Shown here piece by piece: positions 14,722 through 27,440 of a DNA stretch of 64,000 nt. The DNA comes from the human T2T-CHM13v2.0 reference genome, Homo sapiens: assembly GCF_009914755.1 (NCBI RefSeq), contig NC_060929.1. One strand, 5' to 3'. The notes below the pieces were generated by a model. That model saw nothing but the letters and a program-made list of their open reading frames with translations, did not search any database and was not told the DNA's origin. Each line of letters opens with the position of its first letter. The first letter of the stretch is position 1. The translations under genes and the position numbers were made by a program.

Positions 14722-15204
14722 AAGAAAAGCTTATATTGATAAGCAAAGCTTATCAATACAATAATAAATATAGATGTCCATAAAGTATTTAAGACCCCAT
14801 GGTAAATACAGATTATAATTTCAGAAGGCTATTATTTAATTACTGATAAATAATCAAATTTTTAAATTTGATCAATTTTAAAATTCTTCACCAATTTTTA
14901 TGTTTTGTCATTTGAGAGCCTTGGCTGATCTTTAAACATGCTTAGTAAATTTACCTGAAAGACCCACTTCGAATTGGTACAGGATACTCCTCAGCATTCA
15001 TTTCCTATCTATTCAATTTCATGACTAAAGCAAGCTGTAGCTGGTGGCTTGAGAATTAGTTTATTTTTGCCTTTAGGGAAATTTAACAAATAAGTAATGT
15101 TCTGACTGGTGAAAGTAATAATTTACTATTTAAATTAAATTATTTAATTAAATAATTAAAGGTCCTAATTACTATTTACTTCACTGAAGACTTACCACAC
15201 ACAG

Positions 15205-15712
15205 GTAAAGGGAAACCATCCCATGGAAGTTCAAGCTTCCCCTCTAAAGTGTAAGTCTGCTGAAATGAATTGACAATACACATTAACAGAAGAAAAGCCA
15301 TAACAAAGTTATTCGATCATAGTTTTATATGACATGAGAGTTTTCACATTGATGACCCAAAGGCTCAGGGTGAACTATCCATTTTTACGCTTAGGTTCTA
15401 TTAATCATGGACAGCCATGTAGGCATATGATTAGGCAAAAGGCTATGATCTAATAGTAATAGACCACGGGGGAAACGCAGCAAGGCAGGTTAGAGCAATA
15501 TTTTTAGAGTCACAGTTTTAGGTCTTATGGCTGGCTTTGGGGAAAAGGGATCCTGGTTTCTATGACCGCCTTAAGGAAGAGAGATTCTAGTTTCTATGGT
15601 GTGCCTCAGGGGGAAATGAAGGATGAGAGACAGGAGGGAAGGAGAAGGCCAGAGAAAAATTTTGTTACTTCTGAAGTGTTCGCTTTGGGGTATCATTGTC
15701 TGAGCCCAACAC
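15205..15712 (-). mobile_element. ERV1 solo LTR (MER39/MER34 group)
   Basis: Visibly homologous to 9325-9940 (gaaaagccataacaaag..gacccaaagg..tatgatctaat..ctgagcccaaca). Confidence 0.7.
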
Positions 15713-17680
15713 TATCAAAGATCATGGGTTTTCATGTCATGTCATGTTTGTAATTAATGATTTAAGGCCTATTGAGAGAAAGAGGAGGAAGGAACATGCA
15801 AGAAGTGGGAGCTAAATAATTCCAAATTAGAGCCAGCTCACTAATACCCCTAAGTATCAATATACCAAGCATGTTGAGAGAATCTCACACCTCAGCCCTC
15901 ATGTGTTAAATGCTCCACCTGCCTCTGACACAGGCGATGATCTCAGAGGCAGTCCCATGTCCTTAGACTTACCTCCCAAAAGGAAATTTGTTATCCATCA
16001 CTCCCCTACATTCTTCAGACAGCTCTGGTTTTTCCAAGTAGAACTTTCTTCAGTCTATCTGTAGCAATAGCAGAAAATATTTCCTTGGCTTCCAAATTCA
16101 AGGAGACTTGTGCATAGAAATTCTATTTTTTTTTTTTTTCATTTTTGGTAAGTTTTAGTGTCAGGGGCAAATGTCAGGTTTCCCTGAGGTCATTTGGGAA
16201 TTGAGGATGTCCCCATGTGAGATATTGCCGTACATGAAAAGGGCTCTGGGTGATAGAGAGACAAGAGAGGAAAAGAGAAAAGGAGCCATGTGGAGACTGG
16301 AGGTCTTGGGTGGGAGTGCTGACAGGCACTGGGTGGGGAGGCTGAGTTTATTACTCTGTTAACAGGTTCCTTTGTAAATTCATCATTTGAGGGGAGTCCT
16401 GACGCAAGGAGTGGGAACTGAGAAAAGAGAAAACAGGAAATACACGCCAACAATAAAAAGCAGGCTTTCAAATGAAGAACAGAACATCCAAAATTTCAGC
16501 AATGAGAGATGTAAAATTCATGGAAACACTGACTCACGAGGTCAGTTAGCCATAGTTTAATGTCTTTAGTTCACTCTTTCTTTCCCTTCCTCAAAAGGAA
16601 GAATAAGGAGAAAATAAAAACTTTTATCCATAGTATATAATATCAAATGAAGTATATTTCAAAGCATTGCACAGAATTAACATCCTTGCTACTTTAATGC
16701 TGTAGTTAATTGTCTGGCCTATATGAAAAACTGAAAAATGAGAGAACAGTGAAATGAAGCAGATGCCAAAGGATTCTGGAATGAGAACAAAACACATCAA
16801 TAATCCATGGGCAGATTTTCAGAAGTTTACAGATGATAATCCTGAAATATTGATTCAGCATTTGTTTTGTTTAGGACAGTCTTAAGTACTTAGAAAAAAA
16901 AATCTTAAAATATATATGCCTAGTCAAAGATTCAAAGAGCAAAATGAAGCTATTTATCTCCAATCAATGTATAAGCATGTAAATTTTTTTTGTAGGTGAC
17001 TAGATAAAGACAGAGAAATCTAGAAATGCCACAACCTTTTAAGGTTTTGAATTGCATTTCAGAGAGTCTGATAGTACACAATATTCAGAAATTAAAGAGA
17101 CGGTTCCCTTCTACTTTCTTTTCAATCGCTGCCTCAAGAACAGGGGACCTTTGTTACACTCCATGGTATACTGAGCATATGTATGGGAAATATCCTGTGT
17201 GGCTTAGGATGAAATAAATAACCTCCTGTGGTCACAAGCCACTCTGCAAAATGACACTAAGAAGACTGAGTTTAAAGGCAGAGGCCTTTAAGCATGGCCT
17301 TTGGAATCAATTGGTTATTAACATTGTTATAACACAGTTTAATTTTTATATGAACATTAAATAACACTTATTGAACAAGCTCAATTTCAGGACTTTTCTC
17401 CCCATTTATCTCACAAGTTTTTTTTTTTTTTTAAAGGCAACAGAAAAGGTCTCCCTATATTAGAAGTCCTAGAGTGACAGAGGAAATGAGTCATCAAGAT
17501 AATTTATGAACTTTCCCATAGCTTGCAATGCACGAGCATAATAATCCTTTGTTATTTAGCCTACTCAGAGACCAAACTCCAAGACCTTGATGGAACACAA
17601 TTAAAACAGGATTTCTGTAGACTCAAGTCTCTGCTTCACATCCAAAAATGGTTTTACCTTATTGCAATATACTCAATTAA

Positions 17681-18027
<347 letters not shown>

Positions 18028-19145
18028 TAGTCTCGGTAAGAAATTATTTTTAAAATGAATTTTTAAAAAGTTTCTGGGTTTTAGGAACTTATAATTCATA
18101 GGAGAAAAAGAGAAGCCCCAAACAGCTGGCATACTCAGTAAAGTATATGGTGAAAGTCACAGGAGAGCTTCAAAGTATTAGAAAAGAGGTAATTTGCATT
18201 CCAACAGATTTTTGTTTTATTTAATAATTGAAGCTTCTGGATCAATGGGGAAAAACGAATCAGGCATGATGTTTAAAACTCTGGTTATTTTTGAGAATCT
18301 TTTGATAGGGAGTCAAAATGATGTTCTTCAACTCATTTCCAAAGAAAAAAGTGTTCAACAATCTTAACGACCTAAAAGGTGTGTAGAGACTTATATTGTT
18401 AAAGATAGTCACGTTTTCCATAGTTTTGTAAAACTGTACTTTCTAAATGCAATTGTACTTTCTAAATATACTTTCTAGGTATAGTAGATATTACCTTAAA
18501 TATTCTCCCGCCTGTGAAATGTCATTTAGCTTGACTGGGTGTTGAAGGGTGTCCTCCAGGCTCAGAGCAAGGATAGCCTTTCACATCCTGTCTCCTCTCA
18601 AACACTGTGTCTTAAGGCACCTATCCTCAACACCTTGGAAAATTGGGCAAGGCCTGGCCTTCTGTCTGCCACATTATTTATCATGTGGATGTGATCTATT
18701 GACAATTCTAGACACCACGCATGGGAATAGGGGTTTCTACGTTAACCCATCAACTTCTCTCCTGAGCAGCAAGAAACTCCATTCTATTTGGTAATATTTG
18801 CTGAGTCAAATTCTGGTTTGGTAAAAATATGTTAAGAGTGGATCCAATTCAGTCCTGAAACACATCTATGCACTCCATGAGGACCACACTGGATATTGTT
18901 TAGGCCAGTGCTTTTAGTCCTGGCTATGCTAGCCCACTTACCTGCCTTCCAGGAGACTGCTAAACCGCATGTCTGCACATGAGCACAGGTGTGTGCTCAT
19001 CACACACAGTTCTTACATTACATGAGGTTAGCTCCCAATTGCTCATTAGAATGTTAAATGCATTTTCCTAAAGGTTAAGCACTTACCAAATTATGCAAAA
19101 CATAAAGATTAAGAATATTTTTTTCCCATTCCTAGACTATGGGCC

Positions 19146-19696
19146 TGTAGGAGTGAAAAGGTAATAATACCTTTTCTTCATATATTATGAGAGTCATGGC
19201 CAACACTCCTTTAACAAAAGACAGGTTAGCAAGAGAAAAGCATAACAAAATTATTTAACAGTTTTCTAAGACATGGGAGCCTTTAGAAACGGAGACCCAA
19301 AGACCCAGGAAAAACTGTGTTTTATGGAAAGTTTGAAGAGGAATGGACAGCCATGTGGAAATGTGATTGAACAAAAAGGGTATGATCTAATGGCAATAAG
19401 CTGAGGGTGGGGTGATGGGGAGCAGTGTGGGAAAGGGAGTGGTATCCCAGCAAGGCCTGTCTGTTCAGGATCTTCTTGTCTTCTCTGTCTAGCACTCCTT
19501 CCCACCACATATGGGGCAGAAGTCCTCTGGAATGAGGGTCTTATGACCTATTTTGAGGCAAGGTAGGTCAGATAATTCTTTTACAACCATGCTTCACACA
19601 GAAAGGTGGAGGAAAGGCAGAGTGACCTTGCTTCTGAGCCCCACCCAATCTCCTTCAGTTCAAAGCACTTTGGGATAGTGTTTTCTGAGCCTGACA
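19146..19696 (-). mobile_element. ERV1 solo LTR (MER39/MER34 group)
   Basis: caacactcctttaacaaaagacaggttagcaagagaaaagcataacaaa..gacccaaagacccaggaaaaactg; homologous to 9325-9940. Confidence 0.75.
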
Positions 19697-20399
19697 GGCT
19701 CTAGTTTTTGGTTTGAAAAATGTGATCACCAAGTATATACAACAACGCTCCTGACCCACATTAGTAAGGCATACTTTTTTGCAGTTTCCTAGTAATAATC
19801 AATCCCACTTAATTATATGAGAATAATAAATGTATTTGTAAGATGCTTGGCTAGATCTTGAAATATTGTTTGAATCAAGTTACAGCCACTACGTGGAATA
19901 ATTGGGGACAAAGGGAGTATTTTTTTGAAAATGATGCACTACACAACTAGGAAACAGTAAGATGCACATAAGTCCCACACAGGACCAACAACTCGAAAGA
20001 AACCAGTGCAATCACAAAATTCTACTCTATTTTCCCATCGCTCAGATGCTTATAATCCCTTTTCCAGGAAAGCTTTTCCAAAATATGATTCTTTTAAGGC
20101 ATACAATTTGTGCACCCATGCACTGCTTCCAAGTCGGGCACTTCTACTTAGAAAGATTTCTACAATATGTGGGATTGACTCTTATGTTCATTGAGGTTAA
20201 AAAATTGCTAATTAGCCAGGGTGTTTAATAATAATAAAACACCTAGACCTGATGATTCAAGTGCTAAACCTAACTTTATATTATGTCAATTTAACAAATA
20301 ATAAATAATTATTTTTTTACTTAAAGGATGAGGTGGGGTGGAAGAAGCAGATTTTTTTTAATAGTCCACTATGAGTTATGTATTTTACAAACAGTATCT

Positions 20400-20560
20400 T
20401 CCTTCCACTACATAACAAGTTCTGTTCTTATCCCTTTCTTACTTAGGAAGAGGACATAGAGACTCAAAGAAATTAATAACTAGCCTGATGTCACACAGCT
20501 AGTAGTCAGCAGAGCTGAAATTTGGTATTTGCTTGGCTGCAAAATCCAGGCTCTTTTCAA
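20400..20560 (-). mobile_element. MIR SINE
   Basis: gagactcaaagaaattaataactagcctgatgtcacacagctagt..cagagctg antisense core. Confidence 0.7.
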
Positions 20561-21487
20561 AACTCCAAGCTGTTTCTTTCTTACCCAAGTTGGGTTGATA
20601 TTGCCCAAATGAAGAAGAGTAAGCCAAAAACCTAAAACCAAGGAAAGGCAGGGGGGAATGTCCCTGTGTGTTCCACGTTTACTTTATTCTTTCCTGGCAG
20701 CTCAAATAACCACAGAATCCCTGGTGATCCTAAGCATTTGATGATGACTGTGAGAAGCACTTGCATTGAAGAACTAACTAATCAACTAAATCACTCCAAC
20801 ATGTAGTACATTGCAGCCTTCGTTTCACAGTATGCCTGGGAAAATGAGATATAAAAGAGAGAAAGTACTTCAGGTCCTTTTATTGGAGTGGAAACATAAA
20901 AGAGGAGGTTAAGCAATAACACATATGAACAGTCATTTGCAATTACTTCTAACGCAATCTGGATCCATGGGTCATATGATCAACTAGCAGTTTGGGCACT
21001 TCAAGGCATAATAATTTCCTCTCTTTTCATAGATCAGAGTCATAGAATAACTCTCCCAAGTCGTAGGTTTCTACATGTCTCTATAATTAGCCTTTTGGCG
21101 CTACCCAGTCTGCTTTTTAGCCTTTTAAGTGATCTTCTAACACTTTTCTCCAAAACCTTACGCCTGTGGTTTGCCAAATCTCCCACAGGTCTTTTTCTTA
21201 GGAATCACTTTCCTTTTTCTTATTTTTGCATTGTTCCCCCTTATTAATGACAGACTAAATTTACCAGTTGGGAATCTTCTTAAGGACAACATGTAAATCA
21301 CGTATTTAGGATTAAAGTGAATTTCCAAAATGGTTATGTATACAGATGAGCCCAAAAAGTCCAGTTAATAAATGATCTTTCTGAGTTGTGGAACTGAGAT
21401 ACCATTGAGCCTATCTCTAAACATAATTTATAGCAATTTATAGCACTGTTTTTTTATCAGAAAAAGAATGTGTTCCCAGTTCTATAT

Positions 21488-21960
21488 CCATTTATTTACT
21501 AAACACATATTAATGAATGCCTACCTGGGGCCAGATTTTATGGATAAAATGGTAAGTAAAAACCATGAGTTTCTGGAGCATTCAATATAGTGGTTGAAAT
21601 AGTCAATTAAACACATTTATATACACCCCAAAACATATGAGACAGTGCAGGATGCTACTGAATATACTGCAGGGATATGTCACAGCCTAAATGATGGACA
21701 AGAGAAAGCCAGGTAAAAGTAGTGACAAAGGGAAGGGAAGAGGTGACAGGCAGAAAGAACATGTGTGAAAGATGAAGCAGAAGAGAACACAGTTCACTGA
21801 AACCACTTTGGAAAGCTGAGCAAACTGGAACTCAGGTACAAAAAAAATTAGTGACAGGTGTAGTGGGGCAGGTGAACATTGGTTGGAGTTCACAGGGTTT
21901 GGAAACTAAGTGAAAGGGTTTATAAACATATTTGAAATTTAATAGGACATGGCATCCTTA
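21488..21960 (-). mobile_element. L2 LINE fragment
   Basis: catttatttactaaacacatattaatgaatgcctac..gccag start with an antisense L2 body. Confidence 0.6.
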
Positions 21961-22059
21961 GCAGCAAGATGAATGGATAGACAACAACAATATTAAACTA
22001 TATAGTAAAAATAAATGAAAGGGAATAGAGAAAATTAAATAGCCTGGAGGAAGCTATCC

Positions 22060-22815
22060 AATATAAAGTCAGGATCCCTTTCCTGGTTTTAGGAACTGAG
22101 CCCATTTTTAGGCTCAGAGCTTACTGACTGTGGGAGAGGCCAGATTCCTAAGGAAAAGGATCCTGCAATATCATGGTAATTATAAGAAGTAATAATTCCC
22201 CCAACCTTCTCCAAAGGAGGCCAATTGCTCATTTAACTGTGTTCTTGAAAAAGGATAATACCCAGATATGATGAGGTCTACAGTACATAGGGTTGAAGTT
22301 GACATTGGTACCAAGGGACCTAAAGCATCAAGGTGGCAAGTTGTTTCCATTGAGCTTTTTCTATACTAGAAAAGTCAGTGATTTGTCTTGGCTGGAATTG
22401 TCATGAATTCTGAGACAGGGCCTCAGCCAGCACCACTCTTTAAGGGCTTACAGAGTGTTTGATGCACTAACATGGCATCCTATCTATCACTCAATCAAAC
22501 AAAAGAACACACTTTAAAATAAAAGTGAGGATGCAGTGGGCACATCCCCATGGGATTCACTGATCCTACCACATACTAGAGCACCTGGAAGTTGTCAGGC
22601 TGAAAAACAACAAAACATCCTTGTATTGATGCAGCTGAAGTAGTGGTTTGGAGATGATACTCATGAAGATGAGGTACATTCCTGCAGCACAGAGTCAACC
22701 ACAAATCAATGACTATCATTTGTTGCTTTGTCCTCACTGAAATCCAGAAATCAAGAAATCAAGAGCAGAAACAGGAGTGGCCCCACTTATTATTGTGCCC
22801 AGTAATCCACTCCCT
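22060..22815 (+). mobile_element. MaLR/ERVL internal remnant (protease- and integrase-like segments)
   Basis: aaggatcctgcaatatcatgg..; cagcaccactctttaagggcttacagagtgtttgat..gcagtgggcacatccccatgggattcactgatcctaccac matches the ERVL integrase core; decayed. Confidence 0.7.
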
Positions 22816-22989
22816 ACATGGCTAGGGTTTACAAGCATGCAGTAGCTGCAAAGTCTTCTTAAGATGTAGGTATAGAGCTGGGACAGTGATGTTTCTGCTA
22901 CATTTCACTGGTTAAAGCAGGTCACAGGGCTAGTCCATAGTCAACAGGTATCCATTGACCTTTCCAGCATAAAGAGGCTTAATGTAAAA

Positions 22990-23210
22990 ACTCACCATCT
23001 TGATGCTTCAGGTCCTCAGGTGTCAATGTTAACTTGGACTTTGTGTCCTGAATTCCTCAAAATATTCCAGTATTCTCTTTTCCCTGGAATACAGTTACAT
23101 GAGTAAATTGTTATAAGCCCCATTGGGGAAGTCTGGGGGAATTATTATTACTCTATATACGTACCATGATGCTGCAGGGTCCTTCCTCCTGGGGACCTGG
23201 CTTGACTATG
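22990..23210 (-). mobile_element. Second MaLR/ERVL internal remnant, antisense
   Basis: Reverse complement reads ccaggtccccaggaggaaggaccctgcagcatcatgg...gacctgaagcatcaagatgg, homologous to 22140-22340. Confidence 0.7.
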
Positions 23211-24051
23211 TTGCCCTCTTTAGGGACAACAAAAGGGCATGAATACTGGGAGTGCAATTCACTGGGAACCACTAATGTGTCAAACTACAACACTCTCAAA
23301 AACTGAATTCACCATTTCCCTAACATTATTGATTGGAAATCAGATTCTATCCTGTTTCAAAGGCAGTGACTTAAGTAATCTTCCAACATTGTATAGGAAA
23401 GCACCTCTAGGGTAAAGTGAGGGCTCCCCTTCTGAGCACACAATACCTGTTGTCTCCAAGGTAGGATTACAGACGTGGGTTAATTAGTACAAATATCCTA
23501 GGTCTTTTCTTGTGTGGTCCTGTATTTCTGCCTTAGGGTTTTGTGTTTTTGTCAGGTAAACTTTTTCCTGGTAACTGTAGATCCTGTAAATATTCTTAAT
23601 GTCTAGCTCCTCTGACACTTCTCTCTCTCATTTTTATTTATTAATATTTGTGGATAGGTAGAGGAGGGAGAATCAGGAGTAAATAGTTTCCTGTTTTCAT
23701 AATTAAGAACAAGAGTTTGGTTCAGTAATTTAAGGCTAGGGTTAGTGAGGGAAGTCAGTGGGGAGAGGAGAGGATGAACAGCATAATCTAGGAAACTTTT
23801 CAAATTATATAGTTTGCTCTCTCGAGTTAGTAGAGAGCGGAGAGAGGGAATTTGAGGACCACCATTATTATCTTTTTAATGCAGAGCAGGTTGCAAATAT
23901 AATCCTTACTTTCCCAAAGTTTATTATTGAGGGATATTTATCTATAATTTTCATCTAAACCCTAGTTTATCATTTATAATTTTAAAGTTCTTTTAACCAC
24001 AAAATGTTTCACAGAAGCTGACTTTTAGCAGTTAACATGAGCTATCATTGC

Positions 24052-24194
24052 TTTTTTTTTTTTTTTTTTTTTTTTTAAGAGATGGGGTCTCAACATCTTG
24101 CCCTGGCTGGTCTCAAGCTCCTGGGCCCAAGCGATCCTTTCGCCTCATTCTCCCAAAGTGCTGGGATTACAGGCATGAGCCACTGAACCTGGCC
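24052..24194 (-). mobile_element. FLAM (free left Alu monomer)
   Basis: Single left monomer with a long T-run and TSD tatcattgctttt on both sides. Confidence 0.9.
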
Positions 24195-24649
24195 TATCAT
24201 TGCTTTTCGTGAAAGTTTTTCTTATGTCTGTACATACCTGATAGGTAAGATAAAGTATGAGATACAGTATGAAAATTTTGAAGACATAGAATGTTGTTTA
24301 GAAAGAAACTTAAAATTTGACAAAAAGTAAATGTATTTTCAGTACCCTATCTGTAGGCCTCTTTAGATACCTAAAATTACATTGTTAGTTTCTCAACGGG
24401 TATGATTTATGCATTTATCCTTTACACAGTGACTTTAAGGGATGTAGTCTCTGGGTCAAATTATTATTATGAGTGAACTGGAGGTTTCTGGGTTTTCTGC
24501 ATACCACCAAAGTAGCTTGAGTCTTTGATCATGCTAAAAACCAACTGTCCTAAATCTGTCAGTGTACCCCTGCCAAACTCACAGTGAAAAGGGTCCCCTT
24601 GATAGCTCAAATTCCAATTCAAAATTTGGATTCTAAATGGAACCCAAAA

Positions 24650-24865
24650 TTAAAACATTTAACAGGAGATGATAAATGGTTAATATAAAAATATGTTTAA
24701 CTCCTCTCAAAGTGAAATGGAAATTAAAACTAAGCCAGGATACTATTGTTAACTATTATATAGGCAAAGATTTAAAATATTCCTAGTAAACAATTTTGAA
24801 TACTCTATAGGAAGACAGGCATGCTTACATATTGTTGACAGGGGCATAAATTGGATACTTTTAGA
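24650..24865 (+). mobile_element. Old L1M 3' ORF2 remnant
   Basis: aaatggttaata..gaaattaaaac..ggcaaagatttaaaa..catattgttg..taaattgga. Confidence 0.5.
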
Positions 24866-25212
24866 TACAACTGTTATTATTTTTAAAGACTTTGTTTTCT
24901 ACAAAGATTTCAGGAAGTGTTATGGCTCTGTTTTACTCTAAAATGCAATCTTGAAAACAAATTTTTAAAGTTTTTACAAAATCATATTCAACCTAATCTC
25001 TTCCCACCATGTTCCCAAAAACATTTCTTACTTTTTTCTATCTATAGTCATCTCCAGATTCAACCATTTCCATCACTATTGACCTCTGCCTGCAGTCCAC
25101 TAAAATGATCAGATATCCTGGAACTGAATCAGTGTGTTGATTAACTTGTTGATTACCAGTCCAAAAAATTCAGTAAGTGTTTTGCATGTCTTGCCAACAT
25201 TTTAAATTTGGG

Positions 25213-25346
25213 TACTCGGGAGGCTGAGGCAAGAGAATTGTTTGAACCTGGGAGTTGGAGGTTGCAGTGAGCTGAGATCGTACCACTGCCCTCCAGCCAG
25301 GCAACAGAGCGAGATTTCGTCCCGTCACCCACCCCCCCAAAAAAAT
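25213..25346 (+). mobile_element. 5'-truncated Alu (right monomer) inside a MER58-like hAT remnant
   Basis: tactcgggaggctgaggca..gagcgagatt; TSD-like aaatttggg/aaatctggg; flanks ttgccaacattttt and cacataaaaacc..tggcaac. Confidence 0.8.
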
Positions 25347-25748
25347 CTGGGAGTGTTCACATAAAAACCTGTATTTCTGGCCATCCTTAAATACTGGCAA
25401 CTGAGTCTATATTTCCATATAGTGTCAATATAATAAAGCTGATGAGCAGTCGCTGAAGAAAGTCACATGTAAAGGAGCTTAGGAAATATAAAATCTGACT
25501 GCACAGCCATGTGCCCGGCAACAATTAAGTCTACCCATATGCAAGAAGGGGAGAATGAGATCTTACGGGTTGCTAGTGATCTCCACAATACCATTAGATA
25601 CACAGTTTATCTAAAGCAAAGACAAAATGCACTTGGTATTCAACATTTTTTAAATGATTTTTTTATTCATTAGAGGATGGCCTTTCAAGAATGAGATTCC
25701 AGTTCCAAAATGGCAGCAGAGAGGCAAGAAGATTTCTCCCTGTGCCAC

Positions 25749-25876
25749 TATATATGTATATATATATGTGTGTATATATATATATAGTGGGTATATATAC
25801 GTGTGTGTATATATATATAGTGTGTATATATATATATGTGTATATATGTGTGTGTGTGTATGTGTGTGTGTATATA
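25749..25876. repeat. Compound (TA)n/(TG)n microsatellite
   Basis: Almost entirely alternating purine-pyrimidine tract, seen directly. Confidence 0.95.
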
Positions 25877-25964
25877 CAGTGCTGAGATTTTCACCAGTAA
25901 CGTGACAGAACTCATATACAAGGATGAGACAGTTCCTAGGGCCACAGAGAAGTTAAAAAACTGA

Positions 25965-26700
25965 CAAGATGGTAAGAGAATCAGATTCCATATATGAGAT
26001 GTCCCTCTCCCATTCTGCCTGGCACCAAGCTGCTGGAAAATCTCCCGCGAACTCACAGTTTCTACACTGGAAAATTGAGTTTGAGGTGGACAACCAGCTT
26101 CTCCACCATCCTGAGTTCCCTGGCAGAAGTTTCTACACTGGAAAAGTGAGTTTGAGGTGGACAACCAGCTTCCCCACCATCTTGAGTTCCCTGGCGGAAG
26201 ACTTTCCCTGCTTTAACTCATGGAAGTACTGTGAGTGCCTAAAGAAAGACATGTCCCTGAGGTTAGGCAGAGACAAACAGGGGAGGCAGAACTACCATCC
26301 CCAGCCCTGGAAACTCTGCTCTGTAAATGGGCCAAAGGAAACACCAAATTACATTAGCTGTTCAGCAGCGCCATGCTGTACGAGGTATGTTCCACAGGCC
26401 CCTGGATACAAACCTCCAGCCAGACTTCCCACACTGCCAGGATAATCCCTTTGGGACCTCCCCCATTCAGGATAGGCAGCACTCTGAACATTTGCTACAG
26501 GTGAGGCCAACCTGGGCTTAAAGTACCACCTAGAGCTGAAATGGAGGCAGCAACCTAGCAGTAAAGATTTGCTAAAGAAACATATCCAATAAATAATGAA
26601 ACAAGCTGTACAGAGAAAACTGGAGTAAATAATTAATCCTTCAATGCAAGGACATAGACGTATACCCACAAGTGACAACATCACATAGAGAATCAAGAAT
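25965..26700 (+). mobile_element. Old L1 (L1M2/L1MA-type) 5'UTR to ORF1-start fragment
   Basis: caagatgg start; tacactggaaaagtgag..gtggacaaccagcttccccaccatc; aataattaatccttcaatgcaaggacatagac. Confidence 0.6.
26059..26200. repeat. 71-bp direct tandem duplication (2 copies)
   Basis: 26059-26129 versus 26130-26200, 4 mismatches. Confidence 0.95.
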
Positions 26701-26707
26701 GAGGACT

Positions 26708-27079
26708 TGCTATGGTTTAGCTCTGTGTCCCCACCCAGACTGCATATCGAATTGTAAACCCAACATATTGAAGGAGGGGCTTGGTGGGAAGTGATTGGAT
26801 CATGGGGGCAGCATCCCCCTTGCTGTTCTCATGATAGAGTTCTCACAAGATCTTACGGTTTACAAGTGTGGCACTTCCCTGCTTACCCGCTCCTGCTCTG
26901 CCATGGTAAGACGTGCTTGCTTCCCCTTTGCCTTTCACCATGATTGTAAGTTTCCTGAGGCCTCCCTGTCATGCTTCCTGTTAAGCCTATGGAACTGTGA
27001 GTCAACTAAACCTCTTTTCTTCATGAATCACCCAGTGTCAGGTAGTTCTTTATAGCAGTGTGAGAACAGGCTTAATACA
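26708..27079 (+). mobile_element. MSTA/MSTB solo LTR (MaLR)
   Basis: tgctatggtttagctctgtgtcccc...ctttatagcagtgtgagaacaggcttaataca; TSD ggact/agact. Confidence 0.92.
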
Positions 27080-27227
27080 AGACTCAAAGCACATGTGGAA
27101 GCTTGATGAAGAAAAATAGCTACGTGCTATAAAAATACCAACCCATTAAGGCTTGATGTCACCCAAAAAGCTGGTGATTCTCAGTGAGTCAGTGCATGGT
27201 GCACCATCAAACTCCTACTGTGGTTTA

Positions 27228-27440
27228 CACAGGGTTTCTGGCACTGCTGACATTTGGGGCTGGATAATTATTTGTTGTGGGTGTTGTCCTGTGCATTGCA
27301 GGGTGTGTAGCAGCATCCCTGTCTATACCTACTGGATGCTAGGAGTACCTTCCCATCCTTACCCTCCACTGCGGCAACCAAAACTGTCTCCAGACATGGC
27401 TAGGTGTCCCCCAGAAGCAAAATTGTCACCATAACACTGG
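27228..27440. mobile_element. MER20 hAT-Charlie DNA transposon
   Basis: ggcactgctgacatttggggctggataatt..gcagcatccctg..caaccaaaactgtctccagacat. Confidence 0.85.

Noticed and set aside
22950-23600. Possible processed pseudogene
   Set aside because: The recognisable part is an antisense MaLR/ERVL internal fragment
26059-26200. CRISPR-like repeat
   Set aside because: There are only two abutting units with no spacers, in a eukaryotic L1 context
25969-26445. Longest ORF (158 aa) as a CDS
   Set aside because: It lies in an L1 5'UTR remnant, includes a 71-bp out-of-frame duplication and resembles no protein I recognise
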